Source of the DNA: Faecousia sp. | Lineage (GTDB): Bacteria; Bacillota; Clostridia; Oscillospirales; Oscillospiraceae | NCBI GenBank assembly: GCA_045538595.1 | Contig: JAZSRS010000007.1 | Span: forward strand, 1-58,028 | Direction of reading: 5' to 3' | Length of the DNA stretch: 58,028 bases | Part shown: positions 19,677 through 28,013 of the stretch, piece by piece | How the letters are laid out: the number at the start of each line of letters is the position of its first letter | Numbering within the stretch: position 1 is the stretch's first letter | The notes under the pieces: generated by a model | Told to the model about the DNA's origin: nothing | Seen by the model: only the letters and a program-made list of their open reading frames with translations | The model's database searches: none | Made by a program: the position numbers and the translations under genes

Positions 19677-22325
19677 TTAAAAAACTTCGATTTCGTAAAC
19701 TTCTACGTTTTTTTCCTTAAACTCCAGACGCAGAGCATCGGGACAAACAGTGTCTTTCAGCAGGAAGGTTGTGGAAAATTCTTCGGTTTTGACCTCTGCC
19801 ATTTCGGGAGTCGTCAGTTCACCGTTATTTCTGACCAAAACTTCCATATCTGCAATGTTATGACCACAGATTACTACCTTATTAAAGTTAGGCTTGATCT
19901 TGGTCAAGTTCAGTTCCAAGAACTTCTCTCCGGCGCTTCTGCTCTCCCAAGCAAGGTTATCATGAACACCGTCGAACAGTTTCGAACACCAACCCAAACC
20001 GGAAGAGCCAGCAGACTTGGTAATTTCAATATCTGCATCTCTTTCGAACAGGAGGCTGCCACTGTGGGTACGTCGGTATTCTATTTCGTCGATCAATGCA
20101 GATGTCTCCTGATACGTGGGCAGGCCGGTATCCTTTACCTCAGTAGTACCAATGACCACTTCCAGCGGTTTCAGATCGAATGCATTTCCGGTGATCTGAC
20201 GATTTTGGCGGAATGCGTACCAAGTACCGCTGATTCCATCCAAGGTTACTTTTTGAAGCTCGCCGGTCATATTGCAGAGGACAAACATCTTCTCCTCACC
20301 CAGTTCGTAAAGTACAGAGTCGATCTTATCATTTCTCATCAAAACAGTCCGTTTTGCGTGGAGGATCAGTTCTTCCAAGGCTTCAAAACTGGAGAAAATA
20401 TAGCGAGTTCCCTCATAAATAGATGCCCGGTCATTGATATCGTGGTAGGCATAGGGCCACAAAGTCTTACCGCCATGGATCATACCTACCCATGTATGGC
20501 AAATGTACTCGTCAAAGGTGGGGTACGGATCCTTTCTTCCCTTCAACTCGGCAAAGCAAGTGGGCAGGAAACCGATACACTTGTCGGGTCTGTTCAGTTT
20601 AACAATGTCGTCCACACATCTACCCACAGTATTGATGTTACGAACATAGACACGGTTACCGTCCTTATCCATACTGGGGTTGATGTAGGGATGGGTCTCA
20701 AACCAGTCAGCAACATCCACATAAGTATCAGCGCTGCGGCTAGCCATCAGGACCACATGGTAGGGGTCCATTTCTGTAATCAGATCGTAGATATACTGCA
20801 GGTAGATGGGAGATATCCGCCGACACTCCGGTTCGTCGCAGATATAGTAATATGCAAAATCACGGCCTTGGTTATCCTTCACAACAGATTCCACATGCTG
20901 CATCATTTTATCGCTGGGTCTGGCGTCCAGAGTTGCCTCGCCACCCATAGATTCTGAGCCGGGAATGACACGGAAAGATGAAAGTGTTCCCCGTTGGCTG
21001 ACGATTTCACGGGTCAAATGCAGGTCCTCAGCATCGTATTTCCGCTTGAATGCCTCACCGCCGAAGTAGTAATCTGCGTACATATTGCGTCGCAGCAGAG
21101 GCTTACCGTTCACGATCAGATTGCCACCAGAGATCCATGTCATCATATTCTCAGAAGGAGGCAAATTGCGAATCTTCTTTACGATTTCATTTTCTGCAGT
21201 GGTGGCAGTCAGGAAAGCATCGCCCTTTTCAAAATTGGGGGTAGCAAATACAAAACTACCATCTTCGTTGGGTGTAATCACTTGGGTCTCAATACCGGGG
21301 CCCTCCAGTTTCAAGGTAACAGGCAGGGCCGCCTTTACTTTACCTTCGATGCTGGTACAGTCCTGGCCGGGATAGAAGTTGGTGCGGAATTCCGGTTTGG
21401 TAAAAGCAACCATAATGGGCTCATAGGAAACCTTTACCGGATAATGGCGCTTAAATTCCACATTATCTTCTGTTCGGGTCAATGAGACACAGACGCTGTA
21501 TCGGGTAAGTTCTTCAAAATGGCAGGGTGCGGTAAACGCATTCAGGCCCTTGTTCAGCACCACGGTGGCAGTGTCTGCGTAATCGGAGGTAAACACAAAT
21601 TCCCCGCCGTAGGCAGCATTGATATTTACATTCATCAGGCCACGGTAGCCGTCTTCCCGTTCCTCGGTGATGTCAGCGGTAACTTGGGAAATGCAGAATT
21701 CATTTTTGGGAGAACGGATGGGAAAACCGTCTAGGGAATTGAATTTATCCGGGAACAGGAAACCGTCGGTCAGAGTGCTCCAACTGCTATAGTGGTAACT
21801 GTGGGAGGGACTGATATGGCGACGGGCCACATTGACCAGCCATCTGGAACTCCAGCGGTCTTGGGTGGTCATGTAAAATGCAGTCAGAGGCAATTCTACT
21901 ACAGAGGTCCAGTAATCTTCCCCTATATAGGAGGCATAACTCCACTCCGGCTCATAGGGATCGGGAGAAATGTTTCCACCCTCTTCGTAATAATTGGCAA
22001 TTTTAATATCCTTAGGAGACACATAGAACTGATAGAAATCGTAAGGATTTCCAGAGGGAGAGAGGAACAGTTCGATGCCTTCAGCATTCCACACATCTGC
22101 ATTGGATGTAAAGATTTTCTTTGTATCCAATGACATACACTTAATGCCAACATAAATACGGTCTTTACAGGGAACGATCTTAAAGAAGGTCTGTTCTTCA
22201 GTCAGAATTTGGCCATCGATCTTCACTTCTCTGAAATCGGTATAAGTCTCCACCGATTCCCATACAGGATCATCCATACGGCCATTCAATGTGATACAGT
22301 CTACGGGATATAATTTATCTTCCAT
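19677..22325 (-). CDS. 882-aa putative cytoplasmic carbohydrate-active enzyme, copy B
   Basis: Colinear paralog of 16744..19392 with long identical peptides (KCIGFLPTCFAELKGRKDPYPTFDEYICHTWVGMIHGGK; WPYAYHDINDRASIYEGTRY). Confidence 0.75.
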   Translation of the reverse strand: MEDKLYPVDCITLNGRMDDPVWESVETYTDFREVKIDGQILTEEQTFFKIVPCKDRIYVGIKCMSLDTKKIFTSNADVWNAEGIELFLSPSGNPYDFYQFYVSPKDIKIANYYEEGGNISPDPYEPEWSYASYIGEDYWTSVVELPLTAFYMTTQDRWSSRWLVNVARRHISPSHSYHYSSWSTLTDGFLFPDKFNSLDGFPIRSPKNEFCISQVTADITEEREDGYRGLMNVNINAAYGGEFVFTSDYADTATVVLNKGLNAFTAPCHFEELTRYSVCVSLTRTEDNVEFKRHYPVKVSYEPIMVAFTKPEFRTNFYPGQDCTSIEGKVKAALPVTLKLEGPGIETQVITPNEDGSFVFATPNFEKGDAFLTATTAENEIVKKIRNLPPSENMMTWISGGNLIVNGKPLLRRNMYADYYFGGEAFKRKYDAEDLHLTREIVSQRGTLSSFRVIPGSESMGGEATLDARPSDKMMQHVESVVKDNQGRDFAYYYICDEPECRRISPIYLQYIYDLITEMDPYHVVLMASRSADTYVDVADWFETHPYINPSMDKDGNRVYVRNINTVGRCVDDIVKLNRPDKCIGFLPTCFAELKGRKDPYPTFDEYICHTWVGMIHGGKTLWPYAYHDINDRASIYEGTRYIFSSFEALEELILHAKRTVLMRNDKIDSVLYELGEEKMFVLCNMTGELQKVTLDGISGTWYAFRQNRQITGNAFDLKPLEVVIGTTEVKDTGLPTYQETSALIDEIEYRRTHSGSLLFERDADIEITKSAGSSGLGWCSKLFDGVHDNLAWESRSAGEKFLELNLTKIKPNFNKVVICGHNIADMEVLVRNNGELTTPEMAEVKTEEFSTTFLLKDTVCPDALRLEFKEKNVEVYEIEVF

Positions 22326-22479
22326 ACTTTCTCCTTTCTAATATCTTCCCTTTTTGCGAAGATATCCGGACTGTCTGCTGCAGTTTACAGTTATAAATCA
22401 AACCGTCAACCTGCCGACAGCAACCATCGTACAATTGGCAATCCCACAATTCTATAAAATCTCTGAGTTGCTCATATTT

Positions 22480-22507
22480 ATTATAGCAAAACACATACCA
22501 TTTGCAA
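22480..22507 (-). promoter_or_regulatory. Candidate sigma-A promoter of 882-aa copy B
   Basis: TTGCAA-16 nt-TATAAT with extended -10 TG. Confidence 0.6.
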
Positions 22508-22606
22508 TATCATATATTACTCTTTTCCTATCAAATCCCTTCAAAAATAAAGAAATTGCAGGAATGAATCTATCATATGGATTTTGTTTTTATCAAAACA
22601 ATCGCT

Positions 22607-22643
22607 AAAAAATCGGGGCGACTGCAGAACACAATCGCCCCGA
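22607..22643 (-). terminator. Intrinsic terminator after binding lipoprotein copy A
   Basis: TCGGGGCGA...TCGCCCCGA stem with T6 on the minus strand. Confidence 0.75.
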
Positions 22644-22672
22644 AGGGATTTACGGAATCTGATTTTAAATAC

Positions 22673-24229
22673 CTATTTTGCGTACAGATTGTTGTATGTA
22701 GTAATCCAACTGTCTTGTCTTGCAGCAATGTGGGGAATAGAGGATGCAGGAGGCATTTCGTAGATTTCAGAGCCCCAAGACAATCTATTGATATACTTCC
22801 TATTCAGACGGCCAGTGCTTGCAAATAAATCTTCCACGATCTTCATATAAGTCTCATGATCCCAATCTTCGATCTCAGCAAACTTTGCTCTTCTGTCTTC
22901 CAGAATCATTTCAAAGTTTTCTTTCCAGCCAGCGCTGTAATCACATGCACCGCGAATGCCTTCGTAAGAGTTCTCATACAGACCAACACTAAAGTCGGAG
23001 ATATAACGAATACCAACCTTCAGCAGGTAACTCATCAAAGCCAAAGTTGCTTCGGGTTCATCGCAGGAGGACATCATAGACATAGTTTGCTCAGAGTAGG
23101 TATTGAAGCGGGTGTTGTTTTCATTTGAATACACAGGAACGGGAACAACCTCGATGACATCGCCGTTGGCAATTACTTCGTACAGATGCTCAAAATTGTA
23201 CCATTCGCAGTCTCCAACAAATGTTGCAACCTGAGGAGGTGTTGCAATGTTGCAGTACTTATCAATAGGACCGGCATTCATCAGAGTCTCGGTAGATGCA
23301 CGATAATAAATATCAACAAATCTTCTGAACTCTTCAGATGTAGCAATATTGCCGGTCAATTTACCGTCATTGCCCTCGGTCAGTTCATAAGGAGTACCCA
23401 TCCAGCCAAGGTAACTGGAACCGTAAGTATCGTTTCCGTCGATCTTACCGTTGCCGTCCTTATCTCGGGTTACTTCCGTCATACACTTTTCTGCAGTTTC
23501 CCATGTCCAGTTGCCTTCCAGGTAGTATTCCTTAGGAGACTTGACACCGTAATTTTCAAACATTGTTCTGTTGTAGTAGAACAGGCAGTTGCCGGACCAA
23601 GGCAAAACTAGGCCCCGGCTTTCGCCCTTGTAGTTCATCATGTCCAGATAGGTCTTACCGCAGATGGCAGACAACTGGTCATACTCTTCCTGGGTAAATG
23701 CTTTGGTAATGCCCAAGTTGGAAGCACCGGGAATATCCATACAGAACAATAGCAAGTCAGGTTTTTCACCGCTGTTGATAGCGCCTAGAATGGTATTGGC
23801 TTCATAGTCGCCATCCCAAGAAATGGTTACATTATTCAGGGCTGCCCACTCTTCAACGGCTGCACGCATCATCCAAAGAAAACTGCCCTTACCCATATTT
23901 TCTATATCTTCATAAACAAGACTGGAAATACCGTAGATTTGCAGTTCCTTACCGCCAAACTTTTCGGGGTTGATGTATTCGTCGTTGCTGTTTACAACCT
24001 TGTATGCAGGTTCTTCAGTCGTACCGCCATCGCTGGAGCCGTCATCGGGATTGATCGGTTGAATCGGTGCGGGATTAACCGCCTGAATGTCGTCGCGAAT
24101 AGGGGTTGTTTCTTTGGTATCGTCGGTAGTCTCATCTCCACCGGTAGGATCGGTGGTGTCCTTGGGCGTACATGCGACCAAAGTGAACACCATGCCAATG
24201 ACCAAAAGCAGTGCTATCAGTTTTTTCAT
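22673..24229 (-). CDS. Extracellular sugar-binding lipoprotein (ABC solute-binding family 1), copy A
   Basis: Lipobox LVAC, Thr/Asp/Pro-rich linker, AINSGEKPDL, FYYNRTMFE, EGNWTWE, DKDGNGKIDG Ca-binding-like loop. Confidence 0.88.
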   Translation of the reverse strand: MKKLIALLLVIGMVFTLVACTPKDTTDPTGGDETTDDTKETTPIRDDIQAVNPAPIQPINPDDGSSDGGTTEEPAYKVVNSNDEYINPEKFGGKELQIYGISSLVYEDIENMGKGSFLWMMRAAVEEWAALNNVTISWDGDYEANTILGAINSGEKPDLLLFCMDIPGASNLGITKAFTQEEYDQLSAICGKTYLDMMNYKGESRGLVLPWSGNCLFYYNRTMFENYGVKSPKEYYLEGNWTWETAEKCMTEVTRDKDGNGKIDGNDTYGSSYLGWMGTPYELTEGNDGKLTGNIATSEEFRRFVDIYYRASTETLMNAGPIDKYCNIATPPQVATFVGDCEWYNFEHLYEVIANGDVIEVVPVPVYSNENNTRFNTYSEQTMSMMSSCDEPEATLALMSYLLKVGIRYISDFSVGLYENSYEGIRGACDYSAGWKENFEMILEDRRAKFAEIEDWDHETYMKIVEDLFASTGRLNRKYINRLSWGSEIYEMPPASSIPHIAARQDSWITTYNNLYAK

Positions 24230-24268
24230 AGTTGATCTCCTTTTCTGTTATTTGGTCTGCCTAATTAT

Positions 24269-24297
24269 ATTATAATAAAGAAAATTTTGTTTTACAA
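24269..24297 (-). promoter_or_regulatory. Candidate sigma-A promoter of binding protein copy A
   Basis: TTGTAA-17 nt-TATAAT. Confidence 0.6.
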
Positions 24298-24366
24298 TAC
24301 AAAAACATCATTTTTTACAGGATAAGATATATCACTTTTGTATAATACAATATTTTTGTGCATGAC

Positions 24367-24402
24367 AAAAATTGGGGCGATTGCGTTATGCAATCGCCCC
24401 GA
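24367..24402 (-). terminator. Intrinsic terminator after binding lipoprotein copy B
   Basis: GGGGCGATTGC...GCAATCGCCCC stem with a T run on the minus strand; homologous to the terminator at 22607. Confidence 0.78.
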
Positions 24403-24433
24403 AAGGTTACATATTATATTGCCTTCTATGCGG

Positions 24434-25978
24434 TTATTTTGCGTACAGATTGTTGTATGTAGTAATCCAACTTTCCTGTCTTTGTGCCATCAGAGGAATG
24501 GAAGATGCAGGAGGCATTTCTGTCAGTTCAGAACCGTAACTCAGTTCGCCAATGTAGTGTCTGTTCAGCATAGCTTTAGATGCAAAAATATCTTCGATCA
24601 TCTTTACATAGGTATCCTGATCCCAGTCTTCGATCTCAGCAAAGAGGGCTCTTCTGTCTTCCAGAATCATTTCAAAGTTTTCTTTCCAGCCAGCGCTGTA
24701 ATCGCAGGCGCCACGGATGCCTTCGTAGGAGCAGTTATACAGACCAACGCTGAAGTCAGACATATAACGCATACCAACCTTCAGCATATAGCACAGCAGA
24801 GACATCGCTGCTTCCGGCTCATCGCAGGATTTCATAATGGAAGAAACCTGCTCAGAGTAGATGTTCCAGCGGGTGGGATCCTCAGTGGAGAATACGGGAG
24901 GCGGAACGACCTCAATGACATCGCCGTTGGCAATCACTTCGTACAGATGCTCAAAGTTGTACCACTCAGCATCACCGATGAAGGTTGCAGCCTGAGGAGG
25001 AGTTGCAATGTTGCAGTACTTATCCACAGGACCTGCAGTGGTCAAAGTCTCAGTCTTGCTGCGATAGGTCATTTCAACATATTTTCTAAACTGCTCAGAT
25101 GTGCCAATATTACCGATGAGTTTACCGTCCTCGCCTTCTGTCAGCACATAGGGGTAAGCCAGATAGATCATTGAACCGGCACCATAGGTGTCGTTGCCGT
25201 CAATCTTGCCGTTGCCGTCCTTATCTCTGGTTACATCTTCCAGAGCCTTTTCGTAGGTGTCATAGGTCCAGTTGCCTTCCAGGTAGTAATCCTTGGGGGA
25301 CTTGACACCGTAGTTTTCGTACATGGTTCTGTTGTAGTAAACAAAGGAGTTACCGGACCAAGGCAGGGAAACACCATGGCTCTCGCCCTTATAGTTCATG
25401 ATATCCAGGTAGGTAGAACCGCAGATCGCTGCGATCTTATCATACTCTTCCTGCGTAAATGCTCTTGTGATACCCAGAGCAGAGGGACCGGGGATATCGG
25501 TGTAGAACAGCAACAGGTCAGGTCTTTCACCACTGTTGATAGCGCCAAGGATGGTATTTCCATCATAGTCGCCATCAAAGGACAGGGTAACATTGTTCAG
25601 GGCTGCCCATTCTTCAGCTGCTGCGCGCATCATCCACAGGAAACTACCCTTGCCCATATTATCAATATCATCATAAACAATACTGGAAATACCGTAGATT
25701 TGCAGTTCCTTACCGCCAAACTTTTCGGGGTTGATGTACTCATCGTTGCTGTCGGGAACGGTCTCTGCGGGGGTGTCATCATTCTCGCCACCGGAAGGTT
25801 TGCCGGGCTGAATAGGTGCAGGTGTAACGGCGGAGATATCATCACGGATGGGGGTGGTTTCTTTGGTATCCTCGGTGGTCTCATCTCCACCGGTAGAATC
25901 GGCGGGGTCCTTGGGCGTACATGCTACCAAGGCAAACACCATGCAAAGAACCAAAAGAAGGGCCAATAATCTTTTCAT
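24434..25978 (-). CDS. Extracellular sugar-binding lipoprotein (family 1), copy B
   Basis: Lipobox LVAC; colinear paralog of 22673..24229 (EWYNFEHLYEVIANGDVIEVVP and SWITTYNNLYAK identical). Confidence 0.88.
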   Translation of the reverse strand: MKRLLALLLVLCMVFALVACTPKDPADSTGGDETTEDTKETTPIRDDISAVTPAPIQPGKPSGGENDDTPAETVPDSNDEYINPEKFGGKELQIYGISSIVYDDIDNMGKGSFLWMMRAAAEEWAALNNVTLSFDGDYDGNTILGAINSGERPDLLLFYTDIPGPSALGITRAFTQEEYDKIAAICGSTYLDIMNYKGESHGVSLPWSGNSFVYYNRTMYENYGVKSPKDYYLEGNWTYDTYEKALEDVTRDKDGNGKIDGNDTYGAGSMIYLAYPYVLTEGEDGKLIGNIGTSEQFRKYVEMTYRSKTETLTTAGPVDKYCNIATPPQAATFIGDAEWYNFEHLYEVIANGDVIEVVPPPVFSTEDPTRWNIYSEQVSSIMKSCDEPEAAMSLLCYMLKVGMRYMSDFSVGLYNCSYEGIRGACDYSAGWKENFEMILEDRRALFAEIEDWDQDTYVKMIEDIFASKAMLNRHYIGELSYGSELTEMPPASSIPLMAQRQESWITTYNNLYAK

Positions 25979-26016
25979 TGTTATTCTCCTTTTCTTATTT
26001 TTTTGATTCCATACTT

Positions 26017-26044
26017 ATTATATCAAGAAAATATGTTTTTGCAA
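26017..26044 (-). promoter_or_regulatory. Candidate sigma-A promoter of binding protein copy B
   Basis: TTGCAA-16 nt-TATAAT with extended -10 TG; spacer resembles that of copy A. Confidence 0.6.
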
Positions 26045-26141
26045 TATCAAATTTATAACATTTGCTCATTTATTTAACCTATTCTTAGACAAATAAACGC
26101 AACATGCACAAAATCTGCGTCTGCACACTTACTTGTGGGTA

Positions 26142-27107
26142 TTATCCCTTGCTGCCGGAGCGGTCCATGCACTCAACAAAGAACTTCTGGCAGCAAATGA
26201 ATACCACAACCAAAGGCATAACTGCCATCACCAGAACGGAGTAGTATTCCACCTGCATAGCCATTGCAGAAACATGGTGTGCGCCTTGCTGCAAGGTGAT
26301 CAGTCTCTCCACTTCCACCATGATCGGTGTACCCATCTTTAAGTTGGACATGCCGGAAACCAGAGAGTCATTCCAGTAGTAAATAACAGACAGGAGAAGC
26401 GTCGTTACCAAAACAGGAATGATATTGGGAAGCATAACCTTCCAGTAGATCTTGAAGGGGTTACAGCCATCCAACTTTGCCGCCTCCTCCAGGTCTCTGG
26501 GCATACCGGCAAAGAACTGACGGAACAGGAAGATAAAGATACCGGACTTCAGACCAACGCCAAACAGAGCCGGGACCAAGAAACTTCCCAAGTTGGGCAG
26601 CAAGTTTACGGTAAATTCTTTACCGGTAAACAAACCGATCAGTTTGCCGATACCGAAGATATCAAACCAACGGTAATAGTAGGTCAGAGGGATCTGCGCA
26701 GTCTGGATAGGCATAATGATCGTAAACAAAACTGCAGCATACACCAGGCCATTACCCTTAAACTTGTATCTGCCCAGGCCATAGCCAATCAGAGAACAGA
26801 TAAACACAGAAACCAGTGTGCTGGTAAATGTGATAGCCAGCGTTACTTTTGCATGCTTAAAGTAACTAAAATAAGATTGAACATTCTTATAGTTCTCAAA
26901 GGTGGGCAGAGGCGGGATAAAACCGTGGTTGCCGGAATAGTAGTCTTCTGCGGTGGTCAAGGATGTGGAGATCATCCGAATGATCGGGAAGATAGCAATA
27001 TAACTGATACCGATCAGAAGCGCATACCGAAACAGTTTGTACACAAAGGAGAAAATGGACTCAAGGGCGCTTTTGCTGATTAATGGGCTACGTTCCATAG
27101 TCTTCAT
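26142..27107 (-). CDS. Carbohydrate ABC transporter permease (MalG-type)
   Basis: EAA loop RQFFAGMPRDLEEAAKLDG, YYWND, multiple TM segments. Confidence 0.93.
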   Translation of the reverse strand: MKTMERSPLISKSALESIFSFVYKLFRYALLIGISYIAIFPIIRMISTSLTTAEDYYSGNHGFIPPLPTFENYKNVQSYFSYFKHAKVTLAITFTSTLVSVFICSLIGYGLGRYKFKGNGLVYAAVLFTIIMPIQTAQIPLTYYYRWFDIFGIGKLIGLFTGKEFTVNLLPNLGSFLVPALFGVGLKSGIFIFLFRQFFAGMPRDLEEAAKLDGCNPFKIYWKVMLPNIIPVLVTTLLLSVIYYWNDSLVSGMSNLKMGTPIMVEVERLITLQQGAHHVSAMAMQVEYYSVLVMAVMPLVVVFICCQKFFVECMDRSGSKG

Positions 27108-27113
27108 TCCTCC

Positions 27114-28013
27114 TTAATCCAAAGTAATGACCCATCTGGATACAATTGCATTCACAAGGATGACAATTGCAAAGATGATGACCGAATAGGCCCAGCTTTG
27201 GGCACAGGCATAATCCAAACGGCCGATCATATTCTGGTCGATCAACATAACCACAGGATTTGTACTGGAGTTAAAGTAGTCAATGATCGAATAGATCAGG
27301 CACAGCAAGATGCTGGGGGTCAGCAGCGGGAAGGTGATCTTCCAGAAGGTTTCCCACTTGGTTGCACCTTCCATCTTAGCAACTTCATACAACTGGCTGG
27401 GAATAGCCTGCAAACCGATAATGAAGATAATGATCTGCAAAGACGTACTCCACATCAGGTTGAAGAGGGTGCCGGCGTATACTGTAAATTTCTTTATAAG
27501 TGGCGTCAGGATACCAAAACTGGAAATGATCTCCTCCACAAAGCCGCTCATTTCACCGGACATGGTAATGAATGCGTTGCTGGTTTCTGCCATTTCATTG
27601 GAGCCGCCCAGTTTTGCAAATGCGTCCAAAATAGGGGCCGCACCAAAAATCATCGGCAGGAACAAGCAAGTACGGAACAGCACACGGCCGGGGAATTTAT
27701 CCACCAGCAAAACCGCCAAGAAGATACTGATGAACATGATAACCATAATTTCAACCAGCATTCCAAGGGACATGGTAAGCAGATTTTTAATAAATGCCAA
27801 GTCATCCTTAAACATATAACGCCAGTTTTCAAAGCCGATTGGCTCCAAAATCAAGCCGTCAGATCCGACGGAAACTCTGTTAAAGGTGTAATTCAGAGAT
27901 TCCAGCAGAGGCTTCATAAACAGGAAGATAAAGCCAATGATAAACGGAAGGACAAACATCAAACCAGTTCTATCGGTTTTCGTTAATAATGTAAACTTTT
28001 TTCTCTTCATCAT
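27114..28013 (-). CDS. Carbohydrate ABC transporter permease (MalF-type)
   Basis: GLMFVLPFIIGF, GLQAIPSQLYEVAKMEGATKWETFWKITFP. Confidence 0.93.
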   Translation of the reverse strand: MMKRKKFTLLTKTDRTGLMFVLPFIIGFIFLFMKPLLESLNYTFNRVSVGSDGLILEPIGFENWRYMFKDDLAFIKNLLTMSLGMLVEIMVIMFISIFLAVLLVDKFPGRVLFRTCLFLPMIFGAAPILDAFAKLGGSNEMAETSNAFITMSGEMSGFVEEIISSFGILTPLIKKFTVYAGTLFNLMWSTSLQIIIFIIGLQAIPSQLYEVAKMEGATKWETFWKITFPLLTPSILLCLIYSIIDYFNSSTNPVVMLIDQNMIGRLDYACAQSWAYSVIIFAIVILVNAIVSRWVITLD

